A stretch of 64,000 bases of DNA from Mobula hypostoma. Its lineage: Eukaryota. Of this stretch, positions 51,219-63,000 are shown one piece after another (position 1 is the first letter of the stretch; each line of letters opens with the position of its first letter). The DNA lies in contig NC_086109.1 in assembly GCF_963921235.1 (NCBI RefSeq), positions 10,852,001-10,916,000 of the forward strand, in the 5' to 3' direction. The notes beneath the pieces are model-generated. The model was not told the origin of the DNA. It searched no databases and saw only the letters and a list, made by a program, of their open reading frames with translations. Made by a program: the position numbers and the translations under genes.

Positions 51219-52013
51219 GAAACATAGAAACATAGAAAACCTACAGCACAATACAGGCCCTTCGGCCCATAAAGCTGTGCCGAGCATGTGCTTCCTTACC
51301 TTAGAACAGGGGTCGGCAACCTTTTTGCCTCTGTCGGCCGGATCGCGTATTAATGAACGGACGGTGGGCCAGATAAATGCCATAAAAAACTTGAAATATG
51401 GGAATTATCCATTCAAATACATGTAGTTATGTTTTGCCTCGAATTAATGAATAACACATGCTAAAAAATCATCTGTGCTTAAGGTTGCCTACCCCTGCCT
51501 TAGAACTACATAGGCTTACCCATAGCCCTCTGTTTCTCTAAGCTCCATGTACCTATCCAGGAATCTCTTAAAAGCCCCTATCATTTCTGCTGCCACCACC
51601 ACTGCCGGCAGCCTATTCCACACACTCACCACTCTCTGAATAAAAACTTACCCCTGGCATCTCCTCTGTACCTACTTCCAAGCACCTTAAAACTATGCTC
51701 TCTCATGCTAGCCATTTCAGCCCTGGGAAAAAGCCTCTGACTATCCACCCGATCAATGCCTCTCATCATCTTATACACCTCTATCAGGGCACCTCTCATC
51801 CTCCGTCGCTCCAAGGAGAAAAGGCCAAGTTCACTCAACCTATTCTTGTAAGGCATGCTCCCCAATCCAGGCAACATCCTTGTAAATGTCCTCTGCACCC
51901 TTTCTATAGTTTCCACATCCTTCCTGTAGTGAGGCGACCAGAACTGAGCACGGTACTCCAAGTGGGGTCTGACCAGGGTCCTATATAGCTGTAACATTAC
52001 CTCTCGGCTCTTA
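51219..52013 (-). mobile_element. CR1 LINE 3' fragment containing a hAT MITE
   Basis: ORF 51626-51997 (LYRTLVRPHLEY) and the tail aaacatagaaacatag. Confidence 0.92.
51307..51497. mobile_element. 191-bp hAT (Charlie-like) MITE
   Basis: 17-bp TIRs CAGGGGTCGGCAACCTT / AAGGTTGCCTACCCCTG (one mismatch) and a perfect 8-bp TSD ccttagaa. Confidence 0.95.
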
Positions 52014-52825
52014 CACCAGGGTACACCAAAGGATCATGGACAGAGCTGAGATGGTGAAGAGGGGAAGATGTAATTGGTACTAGGGCTGGGGAAATTGACG
52101 AAAAAGAATTGCTTCCTACTCACCTTAAGGTGGAGCATTTTGTGACAGCAGAACTTTCTCACTTCTGATGTGTGATGTAAGAAAATACATAGAACTGGAA
52201 ATGGAATTGGTTTATTATAGTCACAGATACCATGATACAGTGAAAAGCCTGTCTTGCATATTGTTCAGACAGATCAAGTCTCTACACGGTGCACTGAGCC
52301 AAAAGAAGGTAAAACTATAACAATACAGAAACCTAAATACTAAATCTTAGCTCCATCTCTTATTCAAATCAAACTGGAATTGACTCCAACTTTGCTGGAA
52401 TCCAAGGCTCTAACTAAAAGTGAGATGACACATAACACAAGAAAGGAAGGTTAGGAAACACATTCATTATTCAACTCTGAAAATCCTGGTGCAAGCAAGA
52501 ATTGATCCCAGCTGAATAATCCGAGGTTTTTATGGGAGTGGTAATAATGTGGCACATGAAGCCCATCATTGGTGAAAAACAACCATCGATCAAAATAAAA
52601 TTACATTTGGCAGGGCAAAGGGGGCGATGTATAAGTGTAAACATTTCCAGTTCAGAGTCAGGGATTTCTAGTTCACGTCCCACTATAGGGCCTCCATGCA
52701 ACACTCACAGCTGGCTCTCCAGCGTTGCAGTGTCCAGGGAGTGCGGCACGGGTGGAGACATTGTTTCTTGGATGGGTTTTCAATAATGGACCACTTCCTC
52801 TGAGGCTTTATGGCAGTTTACAAAC

Positions 52826-53700
52826 AATTTTAAGGTGCGTTACCACCACCTACTGAACTAGAGTGTAGGTCAGGATATCTAAATCCTAAATGTTTATACC
52901 TGTATCAAAATCTAGTAAAAATTGCCTGTATTCTTAAGGAACTGCACTGTACATTTAAAGCAGTAATCCTGTGATTCTTTCTGCAAAATATTGTTAATGT
53001 TAAATTGTATTTCATTCCCTGATAACTTTTAAACCAACCATCCTCTCTCTTGATTATATCTTGGAAACCTCACCAGGACACATTGAACCATTTCTTACTG
53101 TTTACAATACCCATACCTCCCTTTATTGTGTTTCTTCATTTAAAAACAATGCATGTCCAAACCTCAATTTCAATATGATCACCTCCTCCCTCCTGCTCTT
53201 TCCTGCATTCCTCGACCATCCCACCTCCTTCTGGGTATTATAAAGATGCCTTCTTGTTCTCTCTTCATCCTGTTGTTTCCCCCACATTCTCTTGATATGA
53301 CTTTTAATAATGTTTTTCAGTTTTCCTTTACTGTAATTTATTTGAAAGTCCATTTCTGCTCATCTAGTTGCCTCCTTTGCTAATTTATCTGCTTGCTCAT
53401 TCCCTCGATTACCAACCTGTGCTGGAATCCACATAAAAACATATCCAGTGTCCCATCACTTAATTCTAAATAAGGGTGTGTATTATCTCACGCGTAAGGG
53501 CTGTTCTTGTCTCTGAATGTAAATCGTTTGGACTCCTGATTGCTGTGCTTGAATCAGACAATATTACAACTCACATCAATGTCACTTCCTCTACCCACTG
53601 CAAAGCGAGTAGTCCAGCTGTCCTTTCACCTGTATACACTGAGAAATCATCATGCGCCCTCACCTGCTTTTTACTACAAATCTTACCCCTAATCTATCAT
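52826..53700 (-). mobile_element. I/Nimb-type LINE 3' fragment, degenerate
   Basis: RREEVIILKLRFGH and WIPAQVG..GNEQAD-like remnants, homologous to the element at 60091-64000. Confidence 0.75.
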
Positions 53701-53794
53701 CACCATTTCTGAAGCATTTGTATATATTTGTATATATCCATAATAATTATTATAATGGATTTATCTACTTTCTCAGATGTATCTATGAGACCCG

Positions 53795-54000
53795 AGGGCA
53801 CTACTTTGAAGAAGTGTAGACAACTTCGCAGGTGCGATACATTTATAATTAGCATCACTAACAACAGATTAATTCTTCATTTCCCTTTGTGAGGGGTGCT
53901 GTGCATGAATTACCTGTCACATTTTACATACTGTGGCAATAAATAACATTCAACAGTGCTCACTTGACTGTAAAAGGCTTTGGAACATCTTCACAAGGAC
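53795..54000 (+). mobile_element. Ancient DeuSINE-like (SacSINE1/AmnSINE1 type) remnant
   Basis: ggcactactttgaagaag...gctgtgcatgaattacctgtcacattt...ttgactgtaaaaggctttggaacatc resembles the recalled Deu-domain and tail consensus. Confidence 0.5.
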
Positions 54001-54174
54001 TCTGAAGGTGGTGGGGAAGTAACTAGAACCGTGCAGAAGGTGCATGGCTCCAAGTTTACCTGAGATGTAAGGCGAGGCGGAAGATCCGTGAAGGCACCAT
54101 ATTGGCAAACCATGATTCTGCTTACCGGAATCACAGTACCTTGTTCTGGTTTCCCTTGAGTGCAGTGATTCGAA

Positions 54175-54779
54175 TGTACGGGGTCTTTCTTTTGCTACAT
54201 TTAAAATGGCGACTTTGTTATGTTAATCTGGGGAATGTGGCTTTGTTGTGCTTTAACGCTGAAGAGAATTTGCGCTAGCAGTTTGTTTTACTTTAAATTG
54301 AGATAGCAGGATGCTATTAGCCAATGGGTGGTTATGTATCGTTTTGTTTTCGGATACCATGCTGTATGATATGACTGCGGACTGAGTTTTGGCGGGGAGT
54401 CGGAGGAGAGACGAGGAGAACCGCGGACGTGTGGAGAGGCTTCGGTCGATCACTAAGGGTGGTCCCGAGCCGTGAGTCAACGGAATTCAGGTGGTCGTCT
54501 GAAGTCGAATTGAGCTCCAACTGTAGCGCGCGAAGAACTTGGACTTTGGTGTTGGCGCCTTTCTTTTTCATTACTTTCCTCTCTGTATCAAATGTATATT
54601 AATGTCATAGAATTAGTAATATCTATAAAAGTGTATTTGTTAAAATTTACTGGGTGTGCTGGCTGATGATTGATGTTGTGATTGATTCAGGCGGCAACCG
54701 ACCCTGTGGGGAGTGTTGAGGTGGGTGCTGGGCTGGATTTCCCCTAGACATACACGAGCCAATATAACGGAACGTTACA
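54175..54779. mobile_element. Solo LTR (605 bp)
   Basis: TGTA...TACA termini, a perfect 4-bp TSD cgaa (54171-74, 54780-83), and a CpG-rich interior. Confidence 0.88.
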
Positions 54780-55038
54780 CGAAGATAAAAGAGTCACATG
54801 GGAAACCATTTTTGTTCCCCACCTTCAAATAGAACCCAGAACAGTACAGCTAAGGAACGCGTCTTTCAGCTCACCACGTCTGTGCCAACCATTGCAAATT
54901 TATTTAATCCCACCTGCCTGCACATGGGCTAGATCCCTCCATTCACGGCCATTTCAGGTGCCCGACAAATGCCTCTTAAACCTATTTTATTGCTTCCACC
55001 ACATCCCCGAGCTGCACAATTTGGTACCTACCACCCTA

Positions 55039-55500
55039 TACTCAATGGCCACTGCTAGATACACCTGCTCATTAATGTATTATCTAATCAGCCAATCATG
55101 TGGCAGTAACTCTTTTACGCATGCAGACATAGTCAATGGGTTCAGACCAAAATTCAGAATGGGGGAAGGCATGTGACCTAAGTGATTTTTGACTGTGGAA
55201 TGATTGCTGGTGCCAGATGGGGTTGTTTGAGTATCTCAGAAACTGCTGATCTCTTGAGATTTCCATGCACAACAGTCTCTTAGATTTTACAGAAAATGTT
55301 GTGAAAAAACAAAAAAAAACATCCAGTGAATGGCAGTTCTTTGGACAAAAATTCCTTGTTAATCATAGAGGTCAGAGGGAAATGGCCAGACTGGTTCAAG
55401 CTGACAGGAAGGTGACAGTAACTCAGCTAACCACGCCTTACAACAGTGGTTGAATCTCTGAATGTACAACATGTCAAACCTAATAAGGTGGCCACTGAGC
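55039..55500 (+). mobile_element. Non-autonomous Tc1-like element
   Basis: Ends tactcaatggccac / gtggccactgag; interior homologous to 22243-22768. Confidence 0.85.
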
Positions 55501-56421
55501 CTATGTGTGTGAAAAAGCATCACTGGCATATGGTAACATAAGCGGTATTTACAAGAAAACCATAAATTGTACACAATTTTACCAAAAGGACACTATTAGA
55601 ACAAAAAAAAAAGTTTAGTGCAAGGTGATCGAAGTGGTCATAGCGTTGCTAAAAAGCAGTGATTAGAATTGTGCGGGTTGTTTCAAGAACCATTGGCTGA
55701 AGGGAAATAGCTGTTCTTGAACCTGGTAGTGTGGGGCTTCAGGCCTGCTGATGGCACCTGGGAAAAGGTGGATGCTGAGAATCTTTGATGGTAGCCTGGT
55801 TGGACTCAAAGGTCTGTATCCCAGCTGCATTGCACTTTGACCTTATGACATTCTCATAGCTGGGAAAGACACTGTAGCGCAGCTTTTAATGCCTCACTTT
55901 ACAACGCCGGCTGTAAGATTGGAGTTCGATTCTGGCTGCACTGGTCACAGTATTGCTTTATAGTGCCAGGGACTGGCAATCCGGGTTCAATCCCCACCAC
56001 CACTTGTAAGGAGTTCATACATTCTCCCTGTGACTGCATGTGTTTCCACTGCGTTTCCTCCCACATTCCAAAGATGAGTGATTATGGTTTGAGAGTTGTG
56101 GGTCTGCTGTGACGGCGCCAGAAGTGAGGAGACACTTGCAAGCTGCCCAGCACAATCCTCGCTGATTTGATTTGAAACTAACGATGTATTTCTCTCCATG
56201 TTTTGATGTACATGTTGTAAATAAACCTAATCTTCATTCACTCTATCTCTAACAGAGTAGTTCTCCCCCAAAAACCTGTTAGTAATGGTCCCAAAGAAGG
56301 GTCTCAACCTGAAATGTCGACTCTCCACTTCCCTCCTTAGATGCAGCCTGAGTTTTGAGTTCCTCGAGCATTTTGTGTGTTGCTCCAGATCTCCTGCATT
56401 AGCAATCTCTCAGTAATAGAT

Positions 56422-57760
56422 CTTTCTGCTACAGAGTTCAGCTTGAATTTATCGACTATATAGAGCAGTTATCTGCGTGTTATCTTTATACGCATTGCAA
56501 AATTGATCCCTCAGCAGGGATAAGATCAGCAATTAAGAATAATTAATTGTACAAAGTCAATAAATAAGATGATGTCATCTGCATGTCTATGTGAAGCATT
56601 AAATAATTGGGCTTTCTTTTCGAAACTGACTGTGCACTGAGTGAGCCTCTCCCAACTTTCAGAACTGCTTTCATATCGCAACTTTTTTCATTTTAGTGAG
56701 TTTTAATAGTAGTACTCTACAGAAATGCTTCTCAAAATTCAACCCTACATCCCCGTTGTGAGAGGTGGGAACAGGTAAAGCCAGCCAAAAGGGCTCTGGT
56801 GAAACTATACAGACCAATCCCCTGTACAGGGGGTACAATGGATTACAGAACCCAACCATACCATCAACTTTGGACCATGGTCATCAATGGCCTATACTCC
56901 AATCGGAGCCAAAGGCCCAAGAAGAAGAAGACATTACAGAAATAGGTCCTTCAGCCCACTACAACCATCCGGACCTCTCTTCCCATCTACATTACTTATA
57001 TTTGCCTGCACTAGGACAGTATATCTTACGCCTAAAAATTATGGCTTAGAATTTCTATTGTATCATTGTTTTTTACCTTGATTGTCTTTACCCAGACTGA
57101 AACACAGTTTTCACTCTTTCACTGTTACTTACTTCTTCTGGAAATTGGACTGGTACATAGGATCTAGAACAGAACATCATAGCAACAGGCCTTTTGCTCA
57201 TGTGTTGTACTGAACTAATTAAATTCATAATTAAAAGCCTATTTAACTAGCCCCTTCTGCGTAGACAAGAGCATTTCCTTCCAACTCTGCATACTTATCT
57301 ATCTAAAAAGCTCTTAAATGGCACTATCATATCTGCATCCACAGCCACAGCTGGCAACCTATTTCAAGCACAGACCACACTGTGTAATAAAAAAGTGTGC
57401 CCCACACATTTATTTTGAACATACCTCCCCTTACCTTAAATATATACCGATTAATATTAGGTGGCCTCTCTCTCACTAGCCATCTTCTTAAACTCTTTTT
57501 CCCTCTCCTAGAAATAGTAGGTGGAATTCGTGGCTTTCCAAGGGTGGGAAGATTATTCTGTACCCATCACTCCACTCTGCAAGTGGTCTGATCTCAGTCC
57601 TACCACCAAACTTACATCTCTCTCTGTCTCAGGTTTCCCTTTGACTCCTCTCCAGCTTCCTTTGTCCATCGTCTCCAGTCTGACTCATTAATCTACTAAC
57701 CACCAAAAATCCTCTCCTGGATCCTTCCTTTTCACATTTACCATCACTCTCACCTTCCCT
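56422..57760 (+). pseudogene. Possible mononegaviral L remnant (regions IV-V), TE-interrupted
   Basis: DPSAGIRSAIKNN...FRTAFISQLFS...SQNSTL, and later SFVHRLQSDS...ILSW (HRL at 57667-75, resembling the PRNTase HR motif). Confidence 0.42.
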
Positions 57761-58383
57761 CTCGTACAACAGAGGTGATCTTGATCTCACAACCTACCTC
57801 ATGGTGGCCCTCACGCCTTGTCGTCTGCCTGCACTTTCTCTGTAACTAACAATATTCTGCATTCTGTTAGGAATATCTTGACATACATGGATACATCAAG
57901 ACTTGTACTGTCTTGATTTATCTATGATAAGGCATAGGCCATAATGTTGTGCCAACCTTGCAAACCTACTCCACAATCAATCTAACCCTTCCCTCCTACA
58001 CAGCCAAAAGCCCCCCTGTTCTTTTACGTCATGCCCTATTTAAGAGGCTTTTAGTTGCTCCTATTGTATCAGACTCTACCATCATCCCCAGCGGTGTATT
58101 CCAGGTACTTAACACCTTGTGCAAGAAAAGCACATTTCTGATACTCAACTTAAAAAGATGTCCCATGATTTTGACCATTGCCACCCTAGGAAAAAGGTGC
58201 CACTTGTCCACTCTGTCTATGTCTCTCATAATCTCATACACCTCTATCAAGTCACATCTCATTCTTCGCTCTAAAAACAAAAGCCCTAGCTTGTGCAGCC
58301 TTTCCTCATAAAACATGTACTTATGCTTTGAAGTGATTTTTATGGATAGCATAGAAAACAAAGCTTTTCATGCATCTCAGACA

Positions 58384-58712
58384 CATCATCATCATCATGT
58401 TCCATGTCATATGACATGGGCGATCATGGTCTCCACTTCCTAATGGCAATTTTTTCTACAGAAATGGCTTGCCAGTTCCTTTTCCTTGGCAGTGTCTTTA
58501 CAAGACAGGTGATCCAGTCATTATCAATACTCTCCATACTAACCAGAACTTGTCATAAGCACCAGCTGCTCATATGACCACCTACCATCTGCTCCATGGC
58601 TTTACGTGACCCTGATCGGGCAACGCCTTGTCCAAGGGTGACCTTCAGTCTAGTGGAGGGAAGGGGTGCCTTACACCTCCTTAGATAGGAATGTATCTCC
58701 ATCCTGCCATGA
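58384..58712 (-). mobile_element. SINE-like element with RTE-derived 3' end
   Basis: (ATG)n tail; tgggcgatcatgg at 58417-29 is identical to the RTE 3' end at 5505-17. Confidence 0.65.
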
Positions 58713-60090
58713 ACATCTTTTTCAGAACTCACCTGAATCCCTCCAACCAGGTTTTCAGATTTGCTATTGAAATGAGACACCTTCTACTGTCATCCAAAAG
58801 TGTGAAAAGAGTTACCCTTTCTCAGCCTGGTTATGACATTAAGCAGATCACTGTCCTCCAATGTCTCTCCACTATTTTGACATAATCGGGTCATCAACCT
58901 GAAACACTGAATGTTTCTCTCCCTGCAGATACTGCCCACCTCCAACATACTATGAGACGTATGACTCACACATTTTCCCTGTGACTACATGGGTTTCCTC
59001 CTACGTCCCAAAAAATCCTGGCTACAAGCCAGTCCATCACAGGTAAAGCCACCCCCACTGTTGAGCACATCTACCTGAAACACTGTCACAGGAAAACAGC
59101 ATCCATCATCAGGGACCCCCACCACCCAAGCCATACTCTCTTCTCGTTGCTGCCATCAGCAAGAAGATACAAGAGCTTCAGGACTCACCACCAGGTTCAG
59201 GAACAGTTATTACCCCTGAACCACCAGGCTCTTAAACCAAAGAGGATAACTACACTCAGCTTCACTTGCCCCATCATTGAAATGTTCCCACAACCAATGG
59301 ACTCACTTTCAAGGACTCTTCATCTCATGTTCTCAATATTTATTTATTACTATTATTTCTACTTTTTCTATTTGCAGTTTGTTGTCTTCTCCACTTTTGT
59401 TGAACACCCTAGTTGGACAGTCTTTCATTGATTCTGTTATAGTTATTATTCTGTAGATTTATTGAGTATACCCACAAGTAAATTATTCTCAGGGTTGTTT
59501 ATAGTGACATATATGTTGCTTTGATAATAAAATTTACTTTGAACTTTGTAAACATACTGGTTGGTAGGTCATCCAGGTGTGTAGATGAGTATTAGATTCT
59601 GGAGGAGGGAAGAATAAAAAATTGGATTCATGTAGAATTGCTAAGAGGATATTTGATGGGTGGTATGCACTCAGTGGGCCAACTGGCCTGTTTCAGTACT
59701 GAAGGTGTGATGATATTGAGTGTCCCTGTTCAAGAGCACCTAGCTTAAGTGAAGACTTTAAGCCTCATCTGTTCTAAGTATCTAGAAGTACCTACACTTA
59801 AGGGAGATTATACTGTATTAACCTATACTTCAAGGACTAGTTTACTTCACTACTTTAGTCTTTTCCCTAAGAGGTCCAACTGTCAATAAGCAGCAAGTCC
59901 TCTCTCCCACCAAGGAGGAGATACTTCCAGCTAACTAAGTAGATTAAACGCAGTTTATTTTTAAGGTGAAGCATGTTCAATTCTGAGGAATAGTTCTTAA
60001 CAGTTTTATAACTTGCAAAATATTTCCAAACACAACTCACTCACTCCATCCATCCATCATTCTGTACCATCTCCCTGTCACTCCTCCTAA

Positions 60091-63000
60091 CTTCTTCTTC
60101 TTCCTTGAGTTTTTACGGCAGTTGGCATCCACACTGTTGCATTACTGCCATCTTCAGGATTTATTGTCCCCCATTGCCCATTCACTTTAAAGCCGTCTTT
60201 CCAGTCCCGTCGCCCTTAAAAAACTAAACAACCATTTCCTCCCCTGATCACTCTCCCCACATTCCAATAAACCTTTAACACTGTTCTCTACCAGTCCTAT
60301 TTTGCGTAATTGTTGTAACATCTGTTGTCTTTCCTGTGCAAATTTCCTGCCTGAAATAAGGATATGCTCTACTGTTTCAGTCTCCTGACATAGATCACAA
60401 AAACCTGTTGGATGTTTATTTATGATGGCCAGAGTGCCATTAAGGTTGCTGTGCCCAGTTCTCAGTCTACTTATAATTACTTGCTCCTTCCGCTTTACTC
60501 CCCTACTTCTTCCCATATCTACTCTGTTCTGAATTGAATGTAAATGACTTCCTTTTATTGATCTATCCCAATGCTGCTGCCACTGTTGATTTATCCTTCT
60601 CCACACTATGCTCTTCCCCTCTGACTTTGATAATTTAATATTGACCTCTATAGATCCTTCTTTGACTGCTGTTTTTGCCAGTCTATCTGCTGTCTCATTC
60701 CATACCCAAATGTGCTGGAACCCACATGAGTGTGATATTTTTGCCTTGTCTAGCCAGTCTTGAATTTGCAAACAGGATTTCATAAAGCAGATCCTGGTGA
60801 CCACTAGCTGTACCCACCTTATTGCTTGCAAGGGCCGATACAGAATCGCTACATATCACAATATTATTACAATCAACCTGCTCACTCCATTCTAGTGCTA
60901 ACAATATGGCAAACATTTGAACTGCATATACACTCAAGCAATCAGGTGTTCTCTTGCTAATTTCCACTTGATAACTTGGTACAACAATTGCAGACCCTGT
61001 TGCACCCGTTTAGGGATCCTTTGATCCATCAGTAAAAATCTGTATGTCTTTATATTTACATTCCCTAAAACTATGATATTCACTGAGTATATCAGCTGTC
61101 TTATTACTGTGTTTAATCTCAAGCAATTCCAAATCTACAGAGGGATTTTCTAATACCTAGAAAGGTTTGACAGGCCACACCACACTTGGACAAAACTCTT
61201 TATTGTATACACCCATATCTTTTGCTGTTTGCTCTCCTGTCCAGCCAAAACTTTTTTTTTTGTGTCCTCTCCTTCTCCCAGCATGTCTGCAACACCCTTT
61301 TTGTAGGATGGCTATCACCATGCCGCCTTAAATTAATCCAGTAATTGGCCTCCAGCTGTTTACACCGCAGCCCCAATGGCATTTCATTTGCTTCAACTTG
61401 GAGTGCACACACTGGGGAAGTTTTAACCGCTCCCAAGCACACCCTTAGAGCCCGAGCTTGCACGATATCCAGTTCTGCCAGCACGGATTTTGCTGCTGAC
61501 AGATATACAATACTTCCATAGTCTAATCTTGATCTTATTAATGCTACATAAATATACTTCAGTGATGCAAAATCAGCACCCCATTCCAATCCAGCAGGAC
61601 ACCTCATGACATTTATCACATTTTTACATTTACTAACTACATATCTAACATGTTCTCTCCATGTTAATCTCGATTCAAAGTGCACTCCCAAAAACTGGAA
61701 ACTTTCAACTCTCTCCAGGTTGCTTCCATACAGATTCAAATTAAGTCCCCTGAGCTTTTTCCTTGTAAAGAACATGGCTTTGGTCTTCTCCACTGAAAAT
61801 TCAACACCCACTTTGTCCCCCACTCTTCAACTTGATTAATTCCATCTTGCATTTTCGTAACTATATGTTCAATATTTCTCCCTCTTTTCCACAACCCCTG
61901 TCATCTGCAAACAATGACCTCCCCACTTCCGTTGGAATATTTACGAATATATCATTTATCAAAATGGAGAATAAAGTTAGACTCACTACACTCCCGAGGC
62001 GTCCCATTTTCTACAACATACTGGCTTGATAACTCTGATCCTATCTTCACCTGAATAGTTCTCCCGTTTAAAAAGTCCTTAACCCAACTGAACTTCGCCC
62101 CCCCCCGATTCCCATTAAAAGTAGCTTGATTAGGAGCCCCTCTTTCCATGACATACCATAAGCTTTCTCAACATCAAAAAAACTGCAACCACTGTCTCTT
62201 TATTTACTTGAGTTCTTCTTATTTCATCCTCTAGACACAACACTGGGTCCATAGTATTCCTTCCTTTCCTGAACCCGCCTTGATACGTAGCCACCATACC
62301 TCTACTTTCCAAGAAGCACACTAACCTCTCATTTATCATACATTCCATAAGATTACATGCATGTGACGTCAAGGCAACTGGCCTGTAGTTTCCTGGCCTG
62401 TTGGCATCTTTTCCAGGTTTCCTTGTTGAAATAATTATTGCCTTTTTCCAGCTCCCTGGTATTCTCCCTTCATCCCAGACTTTGTTATACAGAAGCAGTA
62501 GTTTCTCCAGACTTCCTTCACTCACGTGTTTTATCATACTATAATATATTTCATCTTTACCTGGCGCAGTCTTTCCTGTTTTATCTAGTGCCTTTCTTAA
62601 TTCTCCCATGCTGAAAGGGACATCTTGCACACCGTCAAGGTTAGTTTTCCTACATAAAGCCTCCATATTTTCAGCTTTTGTTCTCTCTCTACCTCTTCTT
62701 CCCTTCTCAGTCAAATTATCGGAACTATGTACCATAACAAAAGTGTTTGCCAACAACTCTGCCTTTTCCTTATTTGTTACTGCAGTCACATTTCCATCAA
62801 CCAGAACTGGGTACCTCCACTCTCTCCTGTCCCCTCCCATCTTTTTTATCATCCCCCACATCTCTCCCACTTGAGTTGTGTTTCCGATTGAATCACAATA
62901 CTTTCTCCAGTGCGTCCTTTTAGCATGTCTTATTGTCCTCCTTACTATTGCCTGAGCTTGTTTGTACTGAATCATATGTTGGAAGTTATGAGTTCTTTTA

